DNA from: Octopus vulgaris
Lineage: Eukaryota
DNA length: 64,000 nucleotides
Direction: 5' to 3'
Assembly (NCBI GenBank): GCA_951406725.2
Contig: OX597836.1
Coordinates: 39,928,001-39,992,000, forward strand
Shown here: in pieces, positions 25,224 to 37,840 of the stretch
Position numbering within the stretch: the first letter of the stretch is position 1
Layout of the letters: every line of letters starts with the position of its first letter
Translations under genes and position numbers: made by a program
The notes under the pieces: generated by a model
The model's database searches: none
Told to the model about the DNA's origin: nothing
What the model saw: the letters and a program-made list of their open reading frames with translations, nothing else

Positions 25224-25524
25224 GTTATATTTGGTTGATGTATATCGCCGACAAAAATGGACGATTGATCGAAATCGTGATTACCAAATGTAATCCTGTT
25301 TACCTTAGACATAAATAAACACAGATCACACAACACACTTCTAACACAAGGCTGTTGCATCTAGTACCTGTTTATTCGTGTGTAAAGTAAACAGGATTAC
25401 AACAGGGTATTGAGCGCGCTGATGTTTTTCTAAACAAAAAACTATTCCTATTATAGGTGTGTGTATGTGTATTTATGAATTAATGTATCTATGTATATAT
25501 ATGTATATAAAGATAGATAGATAG

Positions 25525-25558
<34 letters not shown>

Positions 25559-25657
25559 ATAGATGCATATATAAATATATATGTATACACATATGCATAT
25601 ATATAATATTTATATATGAATATTTATTTCTGTGTATATGTATATATATATGTGTGT

Positions 25658-25699
<42 letters not shown>

Positions 25700-25771
25700 G
25701 CTGAATTAAAATGATTTACTTTCAACAAATTGTCCATTCACTGAGTGTCTTCGTATATTCTTGCATAATCA

Positions 25772-25824
<53 letters not shown>

Positions 25825-25837
25825 GTATATACATATA

Positions 25838-27017
25838 CAGTGTGTGTAAGGTTTTTGAGAACATACCTTTTTTGAGTCATTGCTGCATTTTTCGCTAACA
25901 CTGTATAATCTTAGTTTAAAAAAGTAATAAGGGCAGACCCTCAGCTTACATAAGAAATGAAGAGACATGCTGTTATAGTGGTTATAAAGGCTAAGCATAG
26001 CGATTTAGAAATATCTCGATTTTTAAAAGTTGTCAGATCTTTCGTGTACGAAATTTGTAAGGAGCTAGAGACTGAAGATAGATACGTACTACCAGTATCA
26101 AATCATAAAAAGCATTCTAAACCCTCTGAAATCATCTGAATACCTGAATTTATCCTGCAAGTTCAACAGACTTTTGATTACAATCCAAGAAAATATTTGA
26201 GGTCAATTGCAAAAAATCTCCATGTGTCAGAAGGAACAGTCTGATATGTTGTCAGATCTAAAGGCTCTTAAAACAAACTGAAAAATCCAGCAGAAGATTT
26301 GATTTGGTTTCTCTCAAACGAGAAAAACTTAGAGCATGAACAAAAAATTAACGGAAATGACAGATGGTCGTGTGCAGAACCTTCTGAAGTTCCAAGTGTT
26401 ATGCATAGACAATTTCCTGCAACTGTTATGGTTTTAGGGGTTGTCAGCAATGAAGGACATGTGATGCCTCCTTACTTCTTTCCACAAGGCCTTACAGCTA
26501 ACTCTGCCGCCTACATTGAGGTCTTGGAAAGTTTGTAAACCCTCGATAGACAGCGTATGAAATAGGCCATATGTGTTCCCATAAGGCACTGCACTATCAC
26601 ACATGGCCCTAGTAACACAGGAATTTGATGGCTGTAAATTTTCATGGTCACATAGCCCCTAACATTTTGCTTCCTAATTCACTAGATCTCAATTTATTGG
26701 ACTATTACAAGGTGAACGTTGTTGAGAGAGAGATCGGTGAACACGCCAATAACACCAAAGATTTTTGAAAGCTTCCATAGTCAGAGTTAGAGTAATGTCC
26801 AAAATGAACCAGAACCACTTGATTCGAGCATGTAGGTGATTTAGAACTCATATAGAAGCAGTTGCTGAGGTTGAAGGTGGCTTTATTGAATAACATTGTA
26901 GAAAAGAAGGATTATTTTTATGCTCGTGACATTTTTTGATAAATAATGTTATGGTCACTTATTATAAATCTGTTTTTTTTTATAAACATAAATTAGTCTT
27001 CAAATATCTTACGCACC

Positions 27018-27020
<3 letters not shown>
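25838..27020 (+). mobile_element. Decayed Tc1/mariner transposon (maT/DD37D-like) with both TIRs
   Basis: TIRs CAGTGTGTGTAAGGTTTTTGAG and CTTCAAATATCTTACGCACCCTG. Broken ORF MKRHAVIV..SDLEISRFLKV and W.LSNEKN..NDRW..FPATVMVLGVVSNEGHVMPPYFFPQGL..N..AYIEVL. Confidence 0.8.
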
Positions 27021-27095
<75 letters not shown>

Positions 27096-27119
27096 GCACA
27101 TATATATCTGTATATACAA

Positions 27120-27155
<36 letters not shown>

Positions 27156-27337
27156 TGTGTGTGTGTCTGTGTCTGTGTGTGTGTGTGTGTCTGTGCGGTC
27201 TCTAGAAGCCAGACTTGATAGGTTCGTTTTAGAATCCTACGAATCATTAGCTTGCATGAAGTCAAGTCAAATTGTATTTGGATAAATATAAATCCTACAT
27301 CATGCATTGAGCCTCATTTTCGTGTATCTACGTAATC

Positions 27338-27374
<37 letters not shown>

Positions 27375-27399
27375 ACATTTACATGCAGTTATATATATG

Positions 27400-27885
27400 T
27401 CCGGTCGTTTTCGGTGTGCGTTTGTTTGTGGCGTTGTTAGCTAACTCCTCCTACACCGTTTTATTGATTTTAATGAAATTTGACACGTGAGTAGCACTCG
27501 CACGTGGAAACCTCGTGATATACTTAGATTGTTGAAAAAGATCGATAATAAAACCCCTGGAAGGAACCTTTATATCTACCACGTATAACTATTTTTTAAA
27601 CACCCAAGGGAAATAACCCATAGCGCCAGTGAATATTTTTTTTAAACATTCAAGACAGCCCATTTCATTGTTTATGTTCGATTACTTTGAATATTGAATT
27701 TTTGTAATTTCTAATTTTTGCAGACAATATCGCTTTTACATTTTGACATGTCTGGAAACATCATCACATACTTAGATTGTTGAAACAAAATCGATAATAG
27801 TACCCTTCCAATGGATCCATCTATCCACTACATATTACTGATATTTTATATAAACAACGCAAGGGAAATAACCCATACCACCTGT
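27400..27885 (+). mobile_element. Helentron/DINE-1-like non-autonomous element relic with internal ~110-bp duplication
   Basis: TTTGTTTGT..TAACTCCTCCTACACCGTTTTATTGATTTTAATGAAATTTGACAC resembles HINE/DINE-1 cores. ATACTTAGATTGTTGAAA..AAGGGAAATAACCCATA occurs at ~27520 and ~27768. Confidence 0.45.
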
Positions 27886-27892
27886 ACGCGCG

Positions 27893-27926
<34 letters not shown>

Positions 27927-28443
27927 GGAAAATATATGAGATTCTTGAAAAAGGTGGGCATTTTTGAAAAAAGAAAAAGAATGAATTCACTAGTAGTTCT
28001 AATTAATTTAATTTATTATTTTTTAATTTTTAATAATATAGATTTTAGTAGATATCTCTAAAAAATTAAAAACTAATAAATTAAAGTAATTAGAACTTCA
28101 AGTGAAGTTATACTTTTTCTTTTTCATATATATATATATATAAAACATATCCTTTTGAATATGATCTGCACAAAATCTTTCAACCTGCTCTAAGTAGAGA
28201 GCCACGCCATCAGTAAATACTCAGTATTCCAAAATGCGAAAAGGACTTTAAAATGCTTCTATTTTTTCAATATTTACACTCACACACATATCGCGCGCAC
28301 TCACTCACACATACATGCATACATACATACCTACATACATACACGCACGCACACGTACAAACAAAATATAAAAACACAGGTGCACATACACACAGACTTG
28401 TATATAAATGTACGCACACATATAGATAGATAGATACACAGAC

Positions 28444-28523
<80 letters not shown>

Positions 28524-28597
28524 GTTTCTTTATTGGCCACACAGGGCTGCACACAGATGGGACAAGTTACAAGGTAGAGCTTTTCTTTTGGGGGATG

Positions 28598-28654
<57 letters not shown>

Positions 28655-28815
28655 TATTTTTTTACTACACACAAGGGGCTAAACACAGAGGGGACAAACA
28701 AGGACAGACAAACGGATTAAGGCGATTACATCGACCCCAGTGCGTAACTGGTACTTAATTTATCGACCCCGAAAGGATGATAGGCAAAGTCGACCTCAGC
28801 GGAATTTAAACTCGG
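28655..28815 (-). mobile_element. SINE A 3' half within (GATA)n
   Basis: CACAAGGGGCTAAACACAGAGGGGACAAAC..CCCCGAAAGGATGA. Confidence 0.85.
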
Positions 28816-28838
28816 AAATAGACAGACAGTCAGACAGG

Positions 28839-28915
<77 letters not shown>

Positions 28916-28950
28916 GGACAGACAGACAACAGATAGATAGAAAGACAGGC

Positions 28951-29001
<51 letters not shown>

Positions 29002-29089
29002 TAGTTAGACAGGTATATGCGCACACTTGAATATATACCTGAACGTATTCAATATGTATGTGTGAGCGTGTTGAATGTATGTTTGCGTA

Positions 29090-29122
<33 letters not shown>

Positions 29123-29827
29123 GTGTGCGTGCGTGCGTGTGTGTGTGTTAGGCACTATGTAATTGTTAGGCATATGTATATATATATATTGCAGGCAGTG
29201 TAAGGGAATGGATATGCGTATATCAATGCTTGGGATCTGATGACAGGTGATTTATGCGTTGATAGTTCATAACAAGAGTATATTTCGTTTATCAGTTTTA
29301 CTAACAAGCAATATGCCACGAGTGAGATAAGGATTCCAGCATTGAGATCAGGCTGTTGTGCTATAAGAATCAGGTGCGTTGGGTTTCGTTTTGTATAGCA
29401 GATTACACCAGCTTCCTACCTGGGCGCCCGAATTCCTGAATTGCATATGTCACTGAATAAAACTTCATAATTCTGACTGCTAAATTGGCAAAGCGACTGT
29501 GATGCCCATCCACCAGCAGCTCTTCCATACACTGACAACTAAGAGTTATTGCAGTTGTAAGTTGGAAAGAAAAACTAGAGAGGAAAATATTAGATGACAA
29601 CACATCTGTACTTTACGGAATTTCCTATAAAAAGGAGACGAAATATGAGAGAAGCAATGCTCGTAACACACACACCAATAAGCGAAGGTAAACAGAGTGA
29701 CAGCATATATATTTCATAAATAAAAATAAAAGCTTAACTGATTACTCACAAATATAAACAGTCTAAATTCAAATTCCAATGATAACATCACCACCAGATC
29801 TATTAAACCTACTTCCTGTAGGTTATG

Positions 29828-29908
<81 letters not shown>

Positions 29909-29927
29909 TATTATATATATATGTATG

Positions 29928-29976
<49 letters not shown>

Positions 29977-29993
29977 GATAGATAGATAGATAG

Positions 29994-30055
<62 letters not shown>

Positions 30056-30245
30056 TCAGCCGAAATTGCGAGGATGATCCGGTTCTTGACTGAAGATTGA
30101 AGGCTTCGAATGTCCCGTCCGTGTTTTTGTATCGTCTTCTAAATGTTTTGCGTTCTTGTCCCAGCTTTTGTTTTTTTTACATATACATATATATATGGCG
30201 GCACCCGTACCCTTTTTGGTCTTATATATATATATTTATATATTG

Positions 30246-30520
30246 GTGGAGGCGCAATGGCCCAGTGGTTAGGGCAGCGGACTCGTGGTCGTAGGATCGC
30301 GGTTTCGATTCCCAGACCGGGCGTTGTGAGTGTTTATTGAGCGAAAACACCTAAAGTTCCACGAGGCTCCGGCAGGGGGGGGTGATGGCGATCCCTGCTG
30401 TACTCTTTCGCCTCAAATTTCTCTCACTCTTTCTTCTGTTGGCCTGTGGGGTGGCGTCATTTGAAGATTAAAACAATGCGCTTCGCATTGTGACCAGCAA
30501 CATCTGGTCGGTCACGGTGA
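30246..30520 (+). mobile_element. SINE B, tail type ii
   Basis: Head as at 31441, tail as at 10560-10650; ends in (TA)n. Confidence 0.9.
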
Positions 30521-30655
30521 TATATATATATATATTTACATTATTTACATTTGACGGATATTTGTCCTCATCTTCTTTGTTGTTAACACAACTTTTCGGC
30601 TGATATACGCTCCAGCCTTCATCGAACCTGGGTTCTCATTCCTAAGGTATTTTTC

Positions 30656-30762
30656 CACGGGTATATGGCGTAGTGGTTAAGAGCGCGGGCTACTAGCACC
30701 AAGAATCAGCATAGACCTGAAAAAAAAATTATAATAATAATAATAACAACAACAACAACAAC

Positions 30763-30798
<36 letters not shown>

Positions 30799-30945
30799 TA
30801 CATCGAAAAATACCCAGGTTCAAAATTTCCCCCAAGACACCTGATGAAGACTGGAGGGTATATCAGCCGAAACATTGTATTAACAACAAACAAGATGAGG
30901 ACAAGTAATGTGCATAATTCCTCATCTCTTAAATATAGAACTGTA
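30656..30945 (+). mobile_element. tRNA-headed short element with internal (AAT/AAC)n and hammerhead-like 3' module
   Basis: Box A TGGCGTAGTGG at 30666, with no box B visible in this copy. GACAC-CTGATGA-A-GACTG..CAGCC-GAAAC-ATT-GTATT at 30836-30881. An inverted partial copy lies at 30536-30654. Confidence 0.7.
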
Positions 30946-31065
30946 ATATATATAACTCATAGGACGTACGATTCATAGATCTGACGCTTATATTATCATT
31001 GGAATTGTTATCGGTATCACAACAACAAAAATAACAACAGTAGCAGCAGCAGCAACAACAACAAC

Positions 31066-31112
<47 letters not shown>

Positions 31113-31117
31113 ATTAT

Positions 31118-32660
31118 TACTGTAGAGTCGGTTGCAGAGGCTAAAATCAAAGCCGACAAATGGGTGGGTTTGCAGTTGGGCTCCTGGAGAGGCAGAACCG
31201 AGCCATCGGACTGCGCCGTCGAACGCTGGACCGACGGACCAGTTAAAGTGCTCGGGATATGTTTTGGTCTTGATATCCAGGTTGAAAAAGGACTGGGACG
31301 AGGTGGCAAACAGGTTGGCCAGTCTTACCCAGAAATGAGCTGAGAGGAAGCTGTCTCTGAAAGTGGCGAAATGGCGAATGCCTTCGTTATCATTTATCGC
31401 CTAACAGTCGTGCATTGTCCCGGTTATTGCTTGACCAGGTGGAGGCGCAATGGCCCAGTGGTTAGGGCAGCGGACTCGCGGTCATAGGATCGCGGTTTCG
31501 ATTCCCAGACCGGGCGTTGTGAGTGTTTATTGAGCGAAAACACCTAAAGCTCCACGAGGCTCCGGCAGGGATGGTGGTGATCCCTGTTGTACTCTTTCAC
31601 CACAACTTTCTCTCATTCTTACTTCCTGTTTCTGTTGTACCTGTATTTCAAAGGGGCCGGCCTTGTCACTCTCTGTGTCACGCTGAATATCCCCGAGAAC
31701 TACGTTAAGGGTACACGTGTCTGTGGAGTGCTCAGCCACTTACACGTTAATTTCACGAGCAGGCTGTTCCGTTGATTCGGATCAACCGGAACCCTCGTCG
31801 TCGTAACCGACGGAGTGCTTCCATTGCTTGACCAGGTTGAAGTGTCGCTTATTTAAATTCTGGTGGAATGGACGCGTTCCGAAGGTTAGGCGGTCAGTCT
31901 GTTGCCAGCTTTCTCTGAGTGGCGGGTTTACGTATGCCGTGGTTCCTAATGCGCAGATATACTTTTAGATTACGTCACCTGCAATGATTTCTGGACAGTG
32001 AACGTGTGTGGGTTTCGTTTGCGAGGCTCGTCTTTACGCAGCTCGTCTCTTTGATGGAGCCGCAGTCCTGGGTGAAGAAAAGACTGAGACTGGGTTCCTG
32101 ATTCGTAGAATGTCGTGAGTCGCTCACAGCCCTCTACCGAGATTGGTGTATGTTCCGCTTTAGAAATTTATAGAGGATTAGTGGCAGGGAGGTGCGACGA
32201 CGTTCTCGGAGAGATTCTGGGCTACAACGATTGGCTAGTCTGTTCTGGAGGGCTTTCCGGTAGGGAATTATCATGGATAATTTCCAGATGTCTTTGGGTT
32301 GGCAGTGCTACCGGGGGTGGGGGGGTGGGGAGTGCTACTGGTTCGAGATAAACTCTACAGCCACGGATGTGCTGTCAGACGGACTTGTCCGAGGTGCGCG
32401 CAGAGCGACGAAATCGTTCTGCACGCACTTGTTCAGTGTCTGGGCATTACTGACTTGTGAGGTTATGTCGAACAGCTGCTGTCACGTGTGGGACGGATCA
32501 GTCTGTCGGCCGAGTCTGTGGTGGAGATTGCTCCACTGCCTTCCTTCAATCGGACAGGCTGCGGCGAAAGAGGTTGTTTGGTGGACAAGGCTGAAAGGCA
32601 TGAGAACAGATACATTTGTCTTTGATTGAACTTGAAAAGGAAATTGAGAGTGGAAAGGAA
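31118..32660 (+). mobile_element. L1/Tx1-clade LINE ORF2 3' half, decayed
   Basis: AKIKADK..GLQLGSWRG..WTDGPVKVLGICFG..KDWDEV..ERKLSLK..IYRL..P..RLFKFWWNG..KVRRS, then a zinc-finger-like CPRCAQSDEIVLHALVQC at ~32385-32440. Confidence 0.8.
31441..31822 (+). mobile_element. Full-length SINE B (tail type i) with perfect 15-bp TSD
   Basis: ATTGCTTGACCAGGT at 31426-31440 and 31823-31837; interrupts the Tx1 relic. Confidence 0.95.
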
Positions 32661-33310
32661 GTCCTATGCTAGTAGCTTACATCTCTCAATCTTCAATTCT
32701 TTGTCACAAACCTTATTGTCAGATGGACAAACTCTTTGTTGACTTTCTTAATCACCAAAATATCTGGTTCGCGATGTTCAATTTCATAGTCACCTTGTAC
32801 CATAAAGTCAGAAAAAATCTTGGCATAGTCATTTTCGACAACCCTTTTTGCTTTGAGCTCATACAACTGGCTTGCTCTTTGCAGATCGTATTTCTACGTA
32901 AATTCCAATGAACGAGTTTCGCTACATTATCATCGCATCATCTCTGTTCTTTCTGTGCCAGCTTCGTGCACTAGCTGCTACAATGCCACACGGCTTCTTC
33001 TTTTTCTCTGCACATCATACATTTTCTACAGCACCCGAGTTGTCAGTCTTGTGCTAAACATAATTTAGCTGTTCTTGCTCCTGTGCTGCACAAATTAAAG
33101 CTTCCCTTTCTATTTTAAGCCCACTTTTCTGCATCCATAGTTACCTCTTCTCTAAATCGATTTTGGTCCCTCTCTTCTGTAAAACTTCCGTTGCAGCCCT
33201 TTTTCTTTCTTTTCGGTTTCAACTTTTTTCTTTTCTTCTCATTCGGTTTCATCTCGCTTCTTTTATTCTTAGACTTTTCCTAGTTATCTCTAATTTCCAC
33301 CTAATTTGAC

Positions 33311-33729
33311 TTACTCTTTTACTCTTACTCTTTTACTTGTTTCAGTCATTTGACTGCAGCCATGCTGGAGCACCGCCTTTTTTAATCGAGCAACTCGACC
33401 TCGGGGCTTATTCTTTTGTAAGCCCAATACTTATTCTATCGGTCTCTTTTGCCGAACCGCTAAGTAACGGGGACATAAACACATAGGCATCGATTGTCAA
33501 GCAATGCTAGGGGGACAAACACAGACACACATACACATATACGCTTATATATATATATATACATATATACGACGGGCTTCTTTCAGTTTCCGTCTACCAA
33601 ATCCACTCACAGGCTTTGGTCTGCTCGAGACTATGGTAGAAGACACTTGCCCGAGGTGCCACGCAGTGGGACTGAACCCGGAACCATGTGGTTGGTAAAC
33701 AAGCTACTTACCACACACCCACTCCTGCG
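33311..33729 (-). mobile_element. Full-length SINE C
   Basis: Collinear with 5350-5760. Confidence 0.9.
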
Positions 33730-33858
33730 TCGTATTCACTTTCAACAGTAATGGTGCAATATCATTCATTTACGTAACAAGTTACCCTGTTCCCTTTCTT
33801 CTCTCACACCTCCTTTATAACTAACGAAACGTCTCCCGACTTTCTTGACACTTAACTG

Positions 33859-34279
33859 GGATCTTTTGGGTTTGACCGACAGTTTTTTAAAATAATTTCT
33901 ACGTAACTAAACACTTTTAAACTTCGTATACTGGTAGAATGTGTTTATAAAACATCTTTTTCTCTTGGCTTTATTGAGAAAATTCTATAGTTTGTAAAAT
34001 ATTTGTTGTTTTTTTTTTCTTCAATTTCTGCAATTTCAACCAATCAATGACCGTCTATTGAGGTGAAAACATTCTGTGCCGTATGAATATGTCACTCATT
34101 TAAGAAGCAGATTGGGTTTATTTACATTTGTGAAGAAAAAAAAGATACCCTTCCCCCTATCCCTAACCCTAACCCTAAAACAAATTGAAATGCAATAGAT
34201 CGATACTAGGGTCATAATTATGGGTGATAATTTCATATGACACCGCTAGAAAAAACTGTCGTTAAAACCGAAAAGATCC
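33859..34279 (-). mobile_element. TTAGGG-containing MITE with perfect 8-bp TSD CTTAACTG
   Basis: CTTAACTG|GGATCTTTTGGGTTTGACCGACAG ... CTGTCGTTAAAACCGAAAAGATCC|CTTAACTG, with (CCCTAA)3 at ~34161-34178. Confidence 0.9.
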
Positions 34280-35574
34280 CTTAACTGTCATCATCATCAC
34301 TCCTTGGATGAAAGGTTTCGTTCATTGTGAATAATCTCCACATCATCCTCTCCAGACATGGTAACTCGTCAAACTGTGCACCCAATCACGCAAGCAACGA
34401 ATCTTAGTGGAGACACTGCCCAAATATTATGTGCCTCATATTTATTCCTGTCGTTCAATTTTGATTTTAGAATCAATCTCACTCTTCTAAAGTATTCTTC
34501 TGTAAACTTAATTTTCATTTTGTGTCCTATCAAGTTATCCATTATCAAAATTCCCATAGGCTCAGGCGTAGCTGTGTTTAGCCCCTTGTGGGTTATAAAG
34601 AAATAGGTATAGGTATATTTAAGGCCCTGTACCTTAATGGTTCGGCAAAAATGACCGATATAAGACAAGTAAGTACCAGGCTTTTAAAAATGAGCACTGA
34701 GGGTCGATTCGTTCAGTTAAGAAATTCTTCAAGGCGGTGCCCCAGCATGGCCGCAGTCTAATGGGTGAAAGCTGTAAAAGGCAAAAAGGTAAAATACGCA
34801 ACCTGCATGAATTATGTATATGTGTGTGAGGTGTATTAGTACTTATGGAAGAGAGGTGTGACTATGCGTGTGTGTGTGTGTGTTGGTGTGTGTGTGTGTT
34901 GGTGTATGTATGTTGGTGTGTGTGTGCTTGTGTGTGTGTGTGTGTATGTGTGCTGGTTTGTGTGTTGGTGTATGTGTGCGTGTGTGTGTGCTGGTGTGTG
35001 TTGATGTGTACGTTGGTGTGTATGTGTTAGTGTGTGTAGGTGTGTGTGCGTGTTGTGTGTGTGTGTGTGTGAGCGTGTGTGCATGTGTGTGTTATGCCTA
35101 TCTGTGTGTGTGTGTGTTGGTGTATGTATGCTGGTGTGTGTGTGTGCTAGTATGTGTTGGTGTGTATGTGTGTTGGTGTGTGCGTGTGTGTGAGTGTGTG
35201 TATATGCGTATGTTAGTGTGTGTGTGTGTGTGTTAGTGTGTGTTGGTGTGTGCATGTGTGTGTTTATGCCTCTATGTGTATATATATGTGTGTGTGTATG
35301 CGTGCGTGTGTGTGTGTTGGTGTTATATCGTCAAGAGCCGGTTCTTTACTTTCGCTTTGGCTTTTTGGCCTGACTCTTTGCATTCAACACCTGCCTTGTA
35401 TCTCTTTGCAATTTATATTCCGGTGTCAATTTATCGCTCCAATCTATTTACCAAGCTGCCTATCTTTGTATGTTTATCAATTCTGAACACATACACAAAC
35501 ACACAAACACACAGACGCACACATACACACACACACACACACATACACACACACATACATATACTCACACTTAT

Positions 35575-36281
35575 ATTCTTCTTTCCTTCTTTCTTTGTTT
35601 TTCTCTCTGTCTCTGTTTCTCTGTCTTTCTCTCTCTCTCTCTCGTACTTCCCTCTCTCTCTGTCTTTCTCTCTCTTTCACTCTTCTCTCTCTTTCACTCT
35701 TCTCTCTCTCTCATTCTCTGTCTCTCTTTCTTTCTCTCTCTCACTCTCTCTCTCTCTCACTTCCCTCCCCTCTCTCTGTCTTTCTCTCTCTTTCACTCGC
35801 CTCTCTCTCATTCTCTGTCTCTATTTCTCTCTTTCTCTCACTCTCTCTCACTCTCTCTCTCTTTCACTCTTCTCTCTCTCATTATCTGTCTCTCTTTCTC
35901 TCTCTCACTCTCTCTCACTCTCTCTCTCTCACTTCCCTCTCTCTGTCTTTCTCTCTCTTTCACTCTCCTCTCTCTCATTCTCTGTCTCTCATTATCTCTC
36001 TCTCTCTCTCTCTCTCTCTCTTGCTGTATGTGTATGTCTGTGTTTCTGGGTATAATTTCCTCCCTTACTCACGCTTTCTCTATCTCGTAAAGATACGTAA
36101 ATAAGAGGGAAGTGAGAGAGAGGGAGAGAGAGAATGACAGAGAGAAAGAAAGAGAGACAGAGAATGAGAGAGAGAAGAGTGAAAGAGAGAGAAAGACAGA
36201 GAGAGGGAAGTGCGAGAGAGAGAGAGAAAGACAGAGAAACAGAGACAGAGAGAAAAACAAAGAAAGAAGGAAAGAAGAATT
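35575..36281. repeat. Inverted duplication of a complex CT-rich tract
   Basis: ~36105-36281 (GA-rich) is the reverse complement of ~35575-35770, including the irregular interruptions. Confidence 0.8.
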
Positions 36282-36310
36282 CCACACAGACAAAACACCA
36301 AAACGCACAC

Positions 36311-36352
<42 letters not shown>

Positions 36353-36807
36353 ACACACACACACACAATACATAATATATACATATACACACGTAGACCA
36401 GCACACTATAAATATCTTGGACGTAAGATATTTACTTCCACGTCACCCCCATCTATCCTTCATTCTCAGATATTTTCTACCATATTCCGGCATCATTGAA
36501 AGACACAAAGCCATATTGATTTACTGTCACCTTTACATAAATTCATATTAATACCACCACCCCTTTTCCCTTTCCTGTGGGTAAACGAGGGTAGGGTGGA
36601 TTGATACGGGGTGCTTCTATCCTGATGGGAGCAGTAACCGCCTTTCTTTCACGTACGAAACTCATTTGATACAGAATAGGAAAAATCAACTCACGCAAAC
36701 GAAAATAGCAAAACGCAAAATTAATAGTAAATCTTCCTTTCTCTTTCATTATATCTCCTTCGCTTTCCTTCATTCGTTCTCGTTCTCTCTCTCTTTCTTT
36801 CTCCCAC

Positions 36808-36840
<33 letters not shown>

Positions 36841-37574
36841 TCTCTTTCCACACACACGCGCACACGCTCACAAGCTTTCCATCTTTATTGATAAAGTTCT
36901 TTAGGATCGGGAAAACAATTTTATTTACCGTTGAAAGAGGTCGATTCCATCACCACTACTCTCTCTCCTTCTCTCCCTTTCTCTCCTTCTCTCCTTTTCT
37001 CTCTTTCTCTCTCCCTCTCTCTGTCCCTCATTCTATTTCTTTGTCTCTCAGTCTCTCTGTCTGTCTGTCTATCTCTCTCATAGATTTCCTATTTCCTAAA
37101 AGAACATACAATCAAATCCAAGGGCTCAACAATATATATTTCCATAAATCTCTCTCCATATCAAAAACGTTAACCAAATCAATTTAGAAATTCTTTGAAA
37201 GAAAACAAATCTCTCCTTCTGTCTCCATGCTACCACGTCCCCCTCTCTCTCTCCTTCCTCTCCCTCTCTCCAAAACAATTTCCCTCTGTCTCTCTCTTAT
37301 TCTGCCCCTCTTCAAATCTTTCCCCTTCTGTTTCTTACACTCAGCCTCACTGCCAAACATTTTCTCTCTCATACATTCACTTCTCTCCCTTTCTCCTCCC
37401 TTCTCTCTCCTTTCATCACAGCTTATCTCTCATTGTCTCTCTATCTCTATATCTCTCTTTATTTCACTCTTCATTTTGTCTCTTTCTTTTTTACTCAGTT
37501 TCTCCTCCGATCTGTCTTCTTCATTTTCTGTCTCTCTGTACGTCTGTCTCTATCTAGCTCTCTGTCTCTGTCTG

Positions 37575-37629
<55 letters not shown>

Positions 37630-37776
37630 AGCACACGCACACACACAAACACACAAGCACACGCACACGCACACACACACACACACACGCACACACACTA
37701 ACACTCTAGCATCATCAATTTGACTTACTTTTTTTCACATGTTCATTTTCACTCCCTTACTTGAACGCACGCACAT

Positions 37777-37840
<64 letters not shown>

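Larger units (their letters stand above)
32665..34557 (-). mobile_element. R4/Dong-clade (RLE endonuclease) LINE relic interrupted by a SINE and a MITE
   Basis: Minus strand GIL..NLIGHKMK..EEYFRRVRLILKSKLNDRNK..NIWAV, then CAAQEQ, DNVAKLVHW and YE..KRVVENDYAKIF.DF.VQ.D.EIEHREPDILVIKK (PD-(D/E)xK region). Confidence 0.75.

Noticed and set aside
31441-31515. tRNA genes at SINE heads (also 19060, 30660, 43359, 45181)
   Set aside because: Box A/B-like motifs are present, but there is no complete cloverleaf and each continues into a SINE body.
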